Below are positions 10,700-23,410 of a DNA stretch of 64,000 nucleotides, one piece after another. Position numbers and translations under genes: made by a program. Origin of the DNA: Podarcis melisellensis. Lineage: Eukaryota. Location: NCBI GenBank assembly GCA_964234715.1, contig OZ174282.1; one strand, given 5' to 3'. The notes under the pieces are model-generated. The model did not search any database, had not been told where the DNA came from, and saw nothing but the letters and a program-made list of their open reading frames with translations. Numbering within the stretch: the first letter of the stretch is position 1; the number at the start of each line of letters is the position of its first letter.

Positions 10700-13150
10700 T
10701 TTGTTACGGGTTTTTCCTCTCCCCCCTCCCGCCCTTCAAGTAGCTCTGGATGGCAAACTCGAGTCTCCTCCGCTTTGTCCTCACAGCTGATGGGTCAATC
10801 CGACGCCAACCCGTGTCAGCCTGTACCTCCCCCCTCGGGAAGAGGCCAATATTGACCTGCTTCTCTCTCTCGCAGGAGCAAGGAAGCCTTAAGAAAGCTC
10901 GTGTTAGCAGCCTCACTGCCTCCAGAGTCTCCTTCAAATACCCCCGCTTCGCCTCACAGCCTTTAGTTCTCCCCTCCCCGCGCGAAAATAAGAGGGAAAA
11001 AATCGCTTCAGACTCACTGGTACCAGGCGGATGGGCCCTGGCTTTGTGGTGGTGCCTGAGGGGAGAGCCCACCTTCGTTGGTAACCGCCATGACCGGAAG
11101 AAGGAAACGAAGGGAAGGTGCCGAAAGAACAAAAATACGCTCGGAAATCTCCACAAAAAGCCCGGGCTGGTAACAAAGCTCGCTCGGTTTTCTCTCAAAT
11201 ATGTCGTCAGATGCGTTTTTTAAAAATTTTTTAAAAATCACACAGACTTCCCCCGAACAACAAACAGCGTTAAAATCGCTCCACAGTCAACAGCCGCCGC
11301 CAGGTCGACCAGCTTGTTATGGCGCCCGAGACCAACTGAAATGGCGCAGAAGCTTCCAGATCCTCAACCTACGAAGGGAGGGGCAGGAGGAGGAGGGATT
11401 ACAGTATTTGTTTGTAACGTAACATTGGCGCTAGCGCGCAAGCGCAGTTCGGAATTGAGGGTAGGGCATAGAACACTGGGCGGTAGCCATAGAGACCGGG
11501 AGGCGCCTCCTCCGCCCGAAGGATCCGTGGTATAGTGAGCGCTAACTCGGCTATATTGCAGGGCGCCTTCAGCCTTATCTTCGATTTTTGCTTGCACATT
11601 ATCCTGGACAGAAGCCATATCGAACACTTTGGGCCTTACTTCCGAGTAACCATGTATGCGCTTGTTCTGCACGCTTCAGTTTCCGCCCGCTATATTATAC
11701 AATACATATCGAAATTGTGTTTTTTAGGTTATAAATCTCCCAGCTCGGATGGCTCACCTTCATACGAGAATTAGACTCCTGGATTAGCCAGGATGCCAAT
11801 ACTCTTGTCTCCACGATCGGGGGAAGTAATGCTTCGGAATACTAGTTGCTGAAAGAACAGGATGTTGACCTGATCCAACAGGCTCTTCTGATGTTAGCTT
11901 ATTGATGACAAGACAAAAGCTACGTTTTGTTTTGCGAAGTTCGTCAGTGTAATTAATACATCATTTTAGTGGTTAACTGCATCCTTCCGCGACCCAGAGC
12001 AAACTTGTCCGGAGTGCTGTTTTCACACTTTAAAATTCAGCTTTCCCCCCCAAACACACAAGGGAAACAAATCTAGGTATGAAGATGCTCCTTCTGTGCA
12101 TCTGCATGATTACTGTTCTGACTCAATTCAGATATTATTAATTTTCATATTTTATCGGCATAACGCTGCTTTTTTAGTTGGAAGACCTGAGTTTGAAAGA
12201 ACGTGAACTTTTAATTATACCCCTTTGGGGCGGGGAAAGAGATGCTGGTACCAAATCGTGATGCGATTAAGCCCTGCCTTTAATCCGAATGAACGAGGCG
12301 CGTGCCAGGCATCATTCTTGTCCCCGGTTTATATAAGCGCACAAGCGAGCCTTCGCTGCGCAGTCAACGTTTCACCACGCTAAAACCCCAATAAAGCAAG
12401 TTTGCTCATTTATTATTCTGCATGATTGCGAGTTTTGAAAAGTAAAACGTTAATAAATATACTGTACACTTCTTTTATTAAAGCAGTGCCTCCTTCCCAT
12501 TTGGAATCAAGCGGAACCAGCTCCAAGACATTTGCGACCATGAAGGGCACCAGTGCGCATGAGCGGACTTAGCTGCTCCCTTTTTTTTTTGTCCGAGCCC
12601 AGCCATTAGCATCGCAGCGCCTGCGCAGTATAGGCGCCTTCTCCGTAGCTTCGGCCTTTTCAGCATCCGGGTTCTAAGCCCGTGTCTTTGTTTACTTGGT
12701 ACGGAAAGGGGCGGTTCGGCTTTCTTTCCGCTGGAGGCGAGTCGGTCAGCTGAGCCAGGGCGGCGGCAGCGGCGGCGGCTTTTCCCTTCGAGCCGGTTGT
12801 CTCAAGAGCGCTTCTGAGGCGAAGTAAGTGCGGACGGGGCGTCGCTGGGGCGGGTGGGGCGGCCAGGAGGGAGACGGGAGCTGCGTATCTCGCGGGCAGC
12901 CGCTGGGCCCACAGGGGTGTGTCGGGCTGGAGGTAGAGCGGGGAGCGCCGCCGTGCAGCGCCGAGGCTCAGCTTCTCTATTCCAAGCCCCAATAAGTTCC
13001 GTGGGACTTCATCCTCCCATCCTGTGTTTCGGGCGACGGCCTTCCATCAGTTTCCCCCTCGCCGTCCGTTTCACTCCCCTTGGATTCCGTGGGATTTGCT
13101 CCCGAGGAAGCGCATTTTAGATCGCATCCTTCCCAGAGCTGGGCCACCCA
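10700..13150. promoter_or_regulatory. CpG-rich divergent promoter region of RSRP1 (-) and TMEM50A (+)
   Basis: Two CpG-dense lobes (~10.7-11.7 kb and ~12.3-13.15 kb). YY1-like AAATGGCG at 11339 and CCGCCAT at 11085, ETS CCGGAAG at 11094, NRF1-like GCGCCTGCGCA at 12617. Confidence 0.8.
12690..12823 (+). other. TMEM50A: TMEM50A non-coding exon 1 (start approximate)
   Basis: Donor GAA|GTAAGT at 12824 inside the CpG island, upstream of the ATG exon. Confidence 0.7.
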
Positions 13151-13888
13151 GCCTCCAAACTGGCCGTTGCCATCCGCTTTACTTGGAGGAAAGCTTCACT
13201 GAATTCAGTTTTCCATAGCAGCCTTCCTGCAGCTGGCCTGTCCAGCCTTCCAAATCAGCCCTCCCCATCTCTTTTGCACTGAATTCAGTGGGGTCTGTTC
13301 CTCAAAAAGTACATTTATGGTAGTTGCCTTCCTGTCAGTTTTACTCACAAGCCCCATTGAAATCAGTGGGATGTGCTCCTCAGAAAGTGGATTTAGAGCG
13401 GCAGCCTTAGCTTAGAAACTTGGATTGGGTATCCAGCCATCATTTGGCCAGTACCATCCTCTTTACTCTGAGAAATGGATCCCTTTCAGTTGAATGGGAT
13501 TTGTTTCCCAGCCTTAATAGAGCTTTTGTTTGGATTGATCTGCCATCCATCAATTCGCCAGTTTCATCTATTTTGGATGACTTTTTGTTTGCTGCCTCTG
13601 ACCCATAATATGATCTCTGGGGGGTTTGGATGGCACAGGGACCACCAGGATGAAAGCACTTCCCCTGCAAGTGGGTGGGTGGCAGGAGATATCCAGCTCC
13701 ATCTAATTCCTGAGATTTGTATACACCTACTAGTAGGTTCTTTGGCTGACCTGCAGGTTAAATCATGGTAAATTTACTCAGGAGTAGCTCCAGTATGTGC
13801 AAGGTTACTGAATTTTAAGAAGGTATGCACAGAACTGCCCTGCACACACTTTCTTGGGAGGAAGCTTCATTCAACACAGGGGTGGTGG

Positions 13889-14011
13889 CATGGCTATAGC
13901 CAGGATTTTTGTTTGGGGGGGGCGCAGAACTGACATGATGGGTCAGCTAAGTATTTCCATAGTTTTACTTGTCCGGGGCGGGGGAGCTGCCCCTCCTTGG
14001 CTACGCCCATG
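13889..14011. mobile_element. hAT MITE
   Basis: Ends CATGGCTATAGCC / GGCTACGCCCATG, near-perfect 8-bp TSD GGTGGTGG/GATGGTGG. Related copy at ~46382-46499. Confidence 0.7.
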
Positions 14012-14094
14012 GATGGTGGGAATTGGAATCTCAGCACTATTTGGAGACCATCCAATTAGGGAAGGCTGAACTTATTACAAACTATTGCTTTGAT

Positions 14095-14153
14095 AGTTCC
14101 ATGGGGTCATGAAGAGTTGGACACGACTATACAACAACAACAACAACAACAAC
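14095..14153 (+). mobile_element. BovB/RTE LINE (or BovB-tailed SINE) 3' end
   Basis: GGGGTCATGAAGAGTTGGACACGACT followed by a (CAA)n tail, matching the BovB 3' terminus as I recall it. Confidence 0.75.
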
Positions 14154-14777
14154 AATTGCTTTGATGAGGTTAATTCTCAGTTATGGTGTTTGGGTGGTAG
14201 CCTGATTATTAATGTAATATAACTTAGAATCGCCAGACAACACAGGGCAAGGTAGCTGTGGCTTACCTGTACAGTTTCACGTCCTTTCATTCATCCCCTG
14301 TGTGCAGTGCAGTACAGTAGAATCCTTCTCATTTCTTCTCCCTTAAACAAGTACATTCCCCCACCCCATGTTGAAATGATACCTCTTGGGAATTCAGCTT
14401 TCCAATTGTGAGGCTGTCTTGCTTTGTTTCCTGGCTATCCTTGATTGCAAGTGAAGTATTAACTTCCTTTGGAACATTTGAACATTGCATTTCTCACATC
14501 CCTAGCAGTATTTCAGCTACATTTGTGTGCTGCTTTTGTGTTTATTTCCTTATGTGTCTGATTTTATCTTTTATTCTCTTACTGATACTTGTAACATTGT
14601 GTTGTTTTTAAAAATGGTTTTAATGTATTTTTAGAAATGTCTTTGAGCTTTATTTGTAAATGGTAAGTGATATAAGAATAGGTTTAAATAAATTCTTCTC
14701 ACTTCAAATGCAATTAATACATTTAAAGCCACACACCTAAACAGAAGTTGAGAAACAAATTTCATTTTCTCTCCTAG

Positions 14778-14963
<186 letters not shown>

Positions 14964-15611
14964 TAAATTTGCATGTTAAAAGCCCACTTTAGTTTAATTG
15001 AATAAAACTGTGCATATAGAGTGATACATTACAAATGGGTAGCTCTGTTAGCATAGTATATTAAAAACAAGAAAGCATATTGTACTTTAAAGTGTACCAC
15101 TTCTATGGTGACTAGAACCTGCTTTGTCAGATGCAGTAAGTTGTGTTTGTTGGCAGATATAAAGATACATACATGTGTACAAAACAGACAGAAAGGGCAC
15201 AGTATACAAGAGATACTGTATGTGACAACATTATAAGAAGCCCAAATATATGCAGGGTAAGAATAGCAACCCATTCACACAGTAGTAATTTGGTGATGGC
15301 TGTGTCTTCCTAGTTTCCCTGTGGAAATTTAACACCTGTAGCAAAAAAGAAACCCACAGCTTCAGTTTAACTGAAGCTAAATAGAATCAAATCTGATATT
15401 TCTAGTTCACCAGTTCCATACTGGAGCTTCTAGGATCTTTTTACTGAATTTTACTTTGTGGTTGACTGAGCATCAGAACGTCCTGGGCAACTGAAATGTT
15501 TTGCCACCGGCTTCTGATTTTTGCCATTATTGATGTCTGATAGAGTGGTCATAGTAGCTTTACAGCAACATTGTATTGAAGATCATGTTGGAAACTTTTG
15601 TGTTCAAATAG

Positions 15612-15725
<114 letters not shown>

Positions 15726-17493
15726 TAGGTACTACTAATATTCTTACAGGATTTGAATAAGAATGCATATTGTAAAAATGCTAGTTGGATTTCTTATATT
15801 TAATTAATTATTAAAAACTAGCACTGACTTATAAAATGAACCCATTACTTGTTGATATGGATTATGGGATATAGTTTCCAAGATGCAGGCTAATGAACTA
15901 AAAGTACTTGCACTGTGTTAGCATAGGATGACTGTTTTGTAGCCTAATCCTAGGTATACTAACATAGAAGCAGTGTTGTGGGCTTTTCAGATTTGAACTG
16001 GCAAAATTTCATATCCATATTAGGGTAATTTGCGTGGGAGGACCCTATGGGCTGATCAAATTTAGCATATTTATTTTACTTGTATTTAGTAAACAAAACT
16101 TTAAAAAATGAAACTGCCTAGCTTGTCTTATATTGTATTTGCAGTTGGAATCCATTCATTGTTACTAAGGAACTTATGAAATGGAAATATTTTCCACAGG
16201 AAAAATATAAATTTTTTTGCTCCTACATCAGAGTTCAGAAGTCCACCCCACTGAGCTTAGTGGGGCTTACTCTCAAATAAGTGGCCATGGCATTGAAGCC
16301 CTTGTACTGTTTTGGGGTCAGGAGAAATTTATACTAGTCTTTTATTTAATCATAATGATTTAAAATTATTATGCTGATTCTGGCATGGTACCTGACAGTA
16401 TTGAGGCTATATAATGAAAAGGCACAAACATGAAAAAAGCAGTATTCAGAATTTGAGAACATATCTGGACTTACAAGCATGCAACAGGGGTGATTTATGT
16501 TTTGTTTTATCCTAGAATAGCACAGCTTTACCTTCCACTTTCTAGCTTAGTGAGTTTCCCCGGTGACCCATAGTGTCTGTCTCGATTCTATCAGAATGTA
16601 GTATGGTCTGGGTTGTCTCTATACTGGCATGATGCAATCTTGAGTAAGAAACTCCCAGACTGCTTCCTTGATTATGGAGGGGGTGAGTGAATTATGGCTG
16701 TCAGCCTCCTCTGGAGGAGGGATGGGAGAGCCAGCTGTATGCCATCTACCCTCCTCCCACCCTCTAAACTGTATTTAAGCCAGGCTCCTTTGAGTGCAGC
16801 AAGACCAGTACCATAAATTTCATTGTCGGTTAACTCTGGTTTTGCTTATTATTTATGTATTTAAGCTAGATTGTGTTTTTTGTTTAGTCTGTATTTCATG
16901 GTTTTGAATCTCGTGAGCTGCTTTGGGCACAGCATATTGTGCAAAAGCAGCATATAAGTAAACTCAATCATCAGTTCAGGGAGGGGGCGGTCAGTGGTGT
17001 TAAGATTCCTGAGCTGTGAAGTTTTAGTCTTCTGTGTTTGATTGTACACATTGAAATTTGAGAATAACTGCAGGCTTGTAGGCAATTGATGTTTTGCAGT
17101 TGTGATTCCTACTTCAGTGATAAGATTCCCACTTAGTACTTGACTAATCTGTTTTGAGCTGCTTGAATTGTTCTTCAGAACAGCTGATTCCCAAATGCAA
17201 GGTAGTATTGAGGTATATGGAGAATTATTGTCATTGCTTCATAGAAAGCTGGTATAGCATAGCAGCTACGAGTCTGAGTTACGGAGCAGGAAGACTCTAC
17301 CTTGAGTATGTCATGAATTCACTTGTCACATTAGACAAGACCCACACTGCAGTATGGATATAATACTGCCACCCTTGCTGTGTTGCTATAAGTATGCTAA
17401 AGGATAATGCACGTGAAGCAGATTGTAACGCTAAACAGTTCTATACAAATGCTAAGGACCTGAATGTGATGTGTTATGTTCTTTTTAATGAAG

Positions 17494-17561
17494 GATCAAT
17501 GCAGTATCCAATGGACAAGTGCGTGGGGACAGTTACAGTGAAGGTTGCCTTGGGCAAACAG
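17494..17561 (+). CDS. TMEM50A: TMEM50A coding exon 3
   Basis: INAVSNGQVRGDSYSEGCLGQT, 68 nt, phases consistent. Confidence 0.97.
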
Positions 17562-18202
17562 GTAATCTTAAATAAAAATTATAGCAAGTGTGTGGATGTA
17601 TGAGAGAGAGAGATAGCGCTGCTAGGGGTGGGCCATATCAGGTTTTCAACATCACAATATATCACCAGCTAAATATCACAATATCTCGATATATCAAGCT
17701 ATATATCTGCAGCAGTGGAGGGCCTTGACGAGACTCCCTGTGGCGGGCCTTAAAATGTAAGGAAGTAGTAGAGTTAATAAAAATATGAAATAAGTATATA
17801 TTTAAGATATTTACAACTAACTTCAACTAGGTGATCTGTTTTGCTGTAAAGCACATCCCAAAATAGATGTGCATTGCAATTGCCATGAGTGCAATTTCCC
17901 AACAAATGCATGGCTGTGATTATATATATCTTAATACAGCCTTTCTGGTTAAGCAGGGGTTTGAACCCAGATCTCCCTTGCCCCCACTCCACTGCACCAG
18001 GCTCTCAGAAGGGCTACTTTAGGGGACAGCAATGAAAAATGGTGTACCAAGTTTGTACATTTTGAAATGTTGCACTTACTCAGCCATGACACATGGAGAG
18101 CATGCAGATGTTTCCTAATGCACACAGGCTTTAGGTAGTTCTGAAGGGACTGTTAATTTGTCCTCTTCAGGTCACATATTGCCCATTATTTAAATATTAT
18201 TA

Positions 18203-18461
18203 CCGTATTTTTCGCTCTATAAGACGCACCAGACCACAAGACGCACCTAGTTTTTGGCGGAGGAAAACAAGAAAAAAAATATTCTGAATCCCAGAAGCCA
18301 GAACAGCAAAAGGGATCGCTGCACAGTGAAAGCAGCAATCCCTCTTGCTGTTCTGGCTTCTGGGGTAGCTGCGCAGCCTGCATTCGCTCCATAAGACGCA
18401 CACACATTTCCCCTTACTTTTTAGGAGGGAAAAAGTGAGTCTTATAGAGCAAAAAATACGG
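18203..18461. mobile_element. Tc2/pogo-like MITE
   Basis: TIR CCGTATTTTTCGCTCTATAAGAC / GTCTTATAGAGCAAAAAATACGG, TA flanks. Confidence 0.85.
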
Positions 18462-18494
18462 TATGTTATGAACAATGGAGCGGCTTGTTTTTAA

Positions 18495-18647
<153 letters not shown>

Positions 18648-18753
18648 TAAAATTAGCACTTTAGCTTGTGCTTATGTATTTATTTTAAATTGCAATCAGG
18701 TTAAGTGCAGAGACCTTGTCTCTTGCATTATGAACACTACCTATACCCTATAA

Positions 18754-18889
18754 CAGGCTTCCTCAAACTCAGCCCTCGAGTTGTTTGTGGCCTACAACTC
18801 CCATGATCCCTAGCTAGCAGGACCAGTGGTCAGGGATGGTGGGAATTGTCATCATAAAACGTCTGGAGGGCCGAGTTTGAGGAAGCCTG
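18754..18889. mobile_element. Short hAT-type MITE
   Basis: TIR CAGGCTTCCTCAAACTC, perfect 8-bp TSD CCCTATAA. Confidence 0.9.
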
Positions 18890-18930
18890 CCCTATAATAA
18901 TGAAAGTGTCTCTTATGTCACTATCCTACC

Positions 18931-19062
18931 CAGTGGCGTAGCGTGGGGGGTGCAGGGGGGGCCGGGCGCAACATCTGGGGGTTAGGGGGCACAAATCCAC
19001 GGGTTAGGGGGTGCAAATTACTTGCCTTGCCCCGGGTGCTGACAACCCACGCTACGCCACTG
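18931..19062. mobile_element. hAT MITE
   Basis: TIR CAGTGGCGTAGCGTGGG, perfect 8-bp TSD ATCCTACC. Confidence 0.92.
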
Positions 19063-19839
19063 ATCCTACCTAAAAAAGGGGGGGGCGGCTTCTGTGTCAT
19101 TTCTTTTGGAGGCTGAAATGTTGCTGCCTGTGGCACTGTTTTCCTTTTTCTGAAAGGATTTGTTAATTGTGGGCTACACTTGGAAGGCCTGTGAGTTGCA
19201 GCCTGGCATAATGATTGATGCATGATTCAGTCTGATTAGGTTGGGAGATTGCTGAGAATCCTGTGTATGGCACCTCCTTCTCTATTGGAGAAAGGCTGGT
19301 ATAAATGCAGGAGGGATGGATGGGGAGCCTTTGTCCTTCCAGATGTTGTTTGACTACAACTTCCATCAACTTCAATTAGCGTAGCCAGCAGTCAAGAAAT
19401 TAAGCAAGTGGCAGTCCCAACATCATCTGGAGGTTTGTGGGTTCCCCGCTTGTAAATATAAGCTAATGAGGCTGCAATCCTGAACACACTTACCAGAGTA
19501 CACATATTTCGATCTCAAGATCATCATCTGAGGCCCTTCCTCCAGGTGCCTACCCAAAACAAGGTGCACCAGTTGGCTCCCAGGGAGAGGACCTTTTCAG
19601 TGGTGGCACCCCAGCTATAAAATGCCCTTCACCTTGTGCCTAAACTAGTATTCTCGGTGCCTGGCGAACACCTTTATTTTCTCAGCCTTCTAAATTATTA
19701 AAATATTTTTTGTGATTATAGGCACTTTGGGAGTGTTAAGATCTGTGAAAATTTCCTGTGCTGTGAGTTTACTACTATATTGAGTTGCATCCTCTAGCTG
19801 GTTTGATGCTGTATTATAGACTTTATGGTTTAGGACATG

Positions 19840-20000
19840 GCGACATAGGAAGCTGCCTTATACTGAGACAAACCCATGGATCCAACTAGCTCAATAATAT
19901 CTACACTGACTGGTCCAGGGTTTCGAAGTCTCTCCCAGCCTTACCTGGAGATGTTGAACCTAGCACCTTCTACATGCAGAGGCTCTACTATTGAGCTATG
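19840..20000 (-). mobile_element. tRNA-derived SINE (squamate type), degenerate
   Basis: The minus strand shows ATAGCTCAATAGTAGAG (A-box-like) and GGTTCAACATC (B-box-like), then a repeat body also seen at ~56660-56745. Confidence 0.6.
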
Positions 20001-20275
20001 ACTCTTGATGATCTTATTTGTGTATTTAGTTCTTTTTAAGTAAGAGAATTTTGAGAACCATTGTAACAGAAAAGCTGTATAAAAGTGTTGTAAGTAAACA
20101 AGTATATTCATTTTCCAGATTCTGGTAGCAATGGTAGCATAAGGCGGCATTAGGCAAGCCCTGCAAAACTTAACAAATCAGTGAGCTGGTCATTGTGCTT
20201 TTTTGAGGGGTTGGGGGAGGCTACAAATAAACTCATGGACTTCAGATAAAGGACATTCTTTTTTCCCCTTCCCAG

Positions 20276-20342
20276 ACAAAGAAAAGATCTCTGTATACCC
20301 TGGAATAGCAGTCTTCTTCCAAAATGCTTTTATATTTTTTGG
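20276..20342 (+). CDS. TMEM50A: TMEM50A coding exon 5
   Basis: (D)KEKISVYPGIAVFFQNAFIFF(G), 67 nt. Confidence 0.97.
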
Positions 20343-20459
20343 GTAAGCATATTTCTTCCATTCAATTGATTTGTTATTCTGTGTTTAAATCTCACATGCA
20401 TGGAAGTTTAGTAGCTTGGAGCACTGTTATTCATACCAAACCTACATGTTTAGGTCACG

Positions 20460-20514
<55 letters not shown>

Positions 20515-20515
20515 A
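20460..20515. repeat. (AAT)n(AAAT)n microsatellite
   Basis: Direct reading. Confidence 0.9.
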
Positions 20516-20849
20516 AAATAAGTAAATTTCAAATGGATGAGCAGGACTGGCACAAGCACTGTTGCACCGAAACATCACAGCGCTAACACAGAGACACATG
20601 GAAGTATCTTTTTTTCCAAAGCAGCCTTACAACTTGAATCCTAATCACACTTCCCTGAGAGTAAGTCTGGTTGATCTTTGTGGGGCTTTGTTGTATGAAA
20701 GATGCATAGGGTTGTGCTGTACTGTAGAAGACTATTTAAAATATTTTTATCTTGGCTTTCCATAAAATATTTTCAAGATACTGCTTTGCCCTGTTTGATG
20801 TGACAATTCCAACATTCTATGCAGTTAATCCTGTCTCTTTTGTTAACAG

Positions 20850-20895
20850 AGGCCTGGTCTTTAAGTTTGGTCGCACTGAAGATTTGTGGCAATAA
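20850..20895 (+). CDS. TMEM50A: TMEM50A last coding exon
   Basis: GLVFKFGRTEDLWQ-stop. Summed CDS is 480 nt = 159 aa + stop. Confidence 0.97.
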
Positions 20896-21439
20896 GCAAC
20901 AGAATATGTCCTTCTATTTTTAATTGCCCACTCCCTTTTGTAAGCATTTGTGCTCTGGTATCAGTGAGGATGAAAACTGACAGCGCTTGAAAATCATGAA
21001 ATTCATTTGTTTTTCATTCTCTTTGAGACTGTTTTCTACTCTTGGCTTATGACATTAAATATGTAGCATGTGAACTAAAATGTAAAACTGAGAAAGAGAT
21101 AACACTTATGAAGTCCTCTTCCTGACTGTTTTTATAAATGAATATTAAACAATGTAAATGTTTCTTTTACAGATCATTTATATATGTGTGTGTGTCTTCA
21201 CAGTATAACTTATTTTTGAAAATGGGATTATGACTGGCTTTGGAAGGTTTTCAAATGAAAGATGTTAATTCGGTGCATTAAAATGTAATACAAATGTACT
21301 AACATCATATTTGTTCTCTAGATTCATTAAGGGTGGCTTTCCAGCTGTGTTTGGGGTACCTTTGTTGTGCATACAGTTGATCTGTACTGAAGCTGAAGTA
21401 ATTTAGTGAGTCTTGGGTGGGGGAAGGCAAAACAACACA

Positions 21440-21445
21440 TTTATT
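21440..21445 (-). terminator. Candidate RH polyadenylation signal
   Basis: AATAAA on the - strand, 1.27 kb past the RH stop, facing the TMEM50A 3' end. Confidence 0.55.
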
Positions 21446-22711
21446 GAATGCAATTCAGAAATCAAAGTTAGAGAGGTCACACTCATTCACACAAGTGCCA
21501 CTGGGATATTTAGCGGGAATGGGTGCTCTCTCTGATGGTCAGCCTAGAAAGCAGAATGCTGGGCAGGTGGAGCTAAGCAAGATGGAAGCTTCCACTGATC
21601 CTAGGGGTGCAGAGGTCTTGCCTACAAATGGGTCCCTCTAGCTGGAGTTCTTACACATTTTCTGCCTGGATCTGAGCTGCTTCTTTTATACCTTGCAAGG
21701 TTATCCAGTACATGACAGGCTGATTTGCACCATAGCAACCAATTATTAGGCTGCTTTTTTTCTGGGGGAGACTTAAGTACCAGGGGTGGGGAACTTTGGG
21801 CCTTCCAGATGTTGCTGAACTTCAGCTCCCACCATTTGCTAGCCCTTGGCCATGCTTGCTAAGACTGATGGGAGCTGTAGTTTATTAACATCTGGCAGGC
21901 CAAAGGTTTCCCACACCTGAACTATTAACTGAAATGTTACCATGCTTCTGAAGTTTCTGCTGGGCCTGTGACTTCCAAGTATGATGGCTCTTGTCTTGTT
22001 ACTGGTGGCTTTATGGTGGTGCTGTAGACTAGAGGCAGTGTTCTAACATTCAGTTTGTGATAGTAAGCAGCAGTTCATTTCCCATGCTGATTTCATTGCT
22101 TTAGTATTTTTCAGCTGGAGTCACAATCCACTTAGGCCATTTATGCACAGGGTTAATTGGGACATTAAAGGCAGTGGTAGCAGTAAGAAAGATGGTAGGC
22201 ATATGGGGATATAAAATTACAACTGTGGAGGCACAGCATATTATAAAATACTTAGCTCCATATATCACACTGTACACTTGGACAACTTTTCCACATTACC
22301 AATCACTCCCTTGCAAGGTGCTACAGCTGAAAGTGCACCACCTAGAAAATGCCCCCAGAATCCTCTGCAAGGTGGCAAGAATTTTACAACAGACAACCCA
22401 GTGTGGAAAGTTGTTAAAACCACTGCATTTAAAGTGCTGGCAGGGGGAGGTCAAATGAGGTAAAATCCACATTTAATATGCACGCCCCCCCTGCCAAAGC
22501 AAAATCCTCAGCATTTTGCAGGTTCAGCTGTAAATAGTATGCCTTAGAGAAAAGAAGGCGGTTGGCAGCCTCCTTAATGAAGCAGTAATGTAGTTCATTC
22601 AGTCTTGCAAACAAATGGTTCCTACGAAAAGGTTACACAACTTCTGGTGGCTTTAATGGCAGATCGACAAAATCTTCCACAACTAGTTTACTGCAGTCTT
22701 GATGCCTGTAT

Positions 22712-22738
22712 TCAATATCCAGCAGCTAAATGTGGAAA
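22712..22738 (-). CDS. RHCE: Rh30 (RHD/RHCE-like) exon 10
   Basis: FPHLAAGY-stop (human FPHLAVGF), acceptor tttttAG. Summed CDS is 1245 nt = 414 aa + stop. The gene is co-orthologous to RHD and RHCE; the symbol is given by position. Confidence 0.95.
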   Translation of the reverse strand, partial: FPHLAAGY

Positions 22739-22927
22739 CTAAAAACAAAGAAACATTATTGAATTTTTCTATGAGGAAAGGTTATAACATCTGAGGCTTT
22801 TAAGTTTAGAGAAAAGGTGGGTAAGAGGGGGCACGGTAGAGGTTTATAAAATTAAAAACGGCATGGAAAGTGGATAGAGAACAGTTAGCACAGTGACTAA
22901 TAGCTAGTGTCAAATTTAAAAACTTAC

Positions 22928-23001
22928 CTCCCAAAAAGCTTGATCATCAAAATACTTTGTTATAGGAGGTGTTTTCCAGAATTCAAAAGTTAGTAAGAAA
23001 C
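22928..23001 (-). CDS. RHCE: Rh30 exon 9
   Basis: (G)FLLTFEFWKTPPITKYFDDQAFWE, 74 nt, phase 1 to 0. Confidence 0.96.
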
Positions 23002-23083
23002 CTAAGACATTGGGAAAAGAATGCAAAACATGTACTGAAAAGCCACAAACTTTTCCCAAAATACCTTCCACTGTACCCTCTAA

Positions 23084-23410
23084 GGCCCCATAAGCACTAT
23101 ACACTGAAAGCAGTATCATACAGCTTTAAATAGTAATTGTTTCCCCCCAAAGAATCCCGAGAACTGTAGTTTGGTAAGGGTGTTGAGAGTTGCTAGGAGA
23201 TGCCTGTTCACCTCCGAGTTGCAACTCTCAGAGCAGTTTCACAGTCAATCCCTCCTCCCATGGACACTCTAGGAATTGTAGCTCTGTGAAGGGAATAAGG
23301 GTCTCCTAATTGTACTCCGCATCCTTAAGAACCTAGAGTTATGAGGATTATTTGGAGAAAGCCATTATTGTTTAAAGTGGTATGATACCACTAAACACAT
23401 AGCTCGGGCC
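23084..23410. mobile_element. PIF/Harbinger-like MITE
   Basis: GGCCC...GGGCC ends, 3-bp TAA on both sides, internal palindromy. Related sequence at ~32140-32380 and ~32720-32860. Confidence 0.6.

Noticed and set aside
11521-11590. TGGTATAGTG A-box-like motif suggesting a tRNA
   Set aside because: No B box or cloverleaf.
11364-11672. 102-aa minus ORF in the RSRP1 promoter
   Set aside because: No recognisable family, and CpG-rich DNA is depleted of stops. No in-frame splice to RSRP1 was established.
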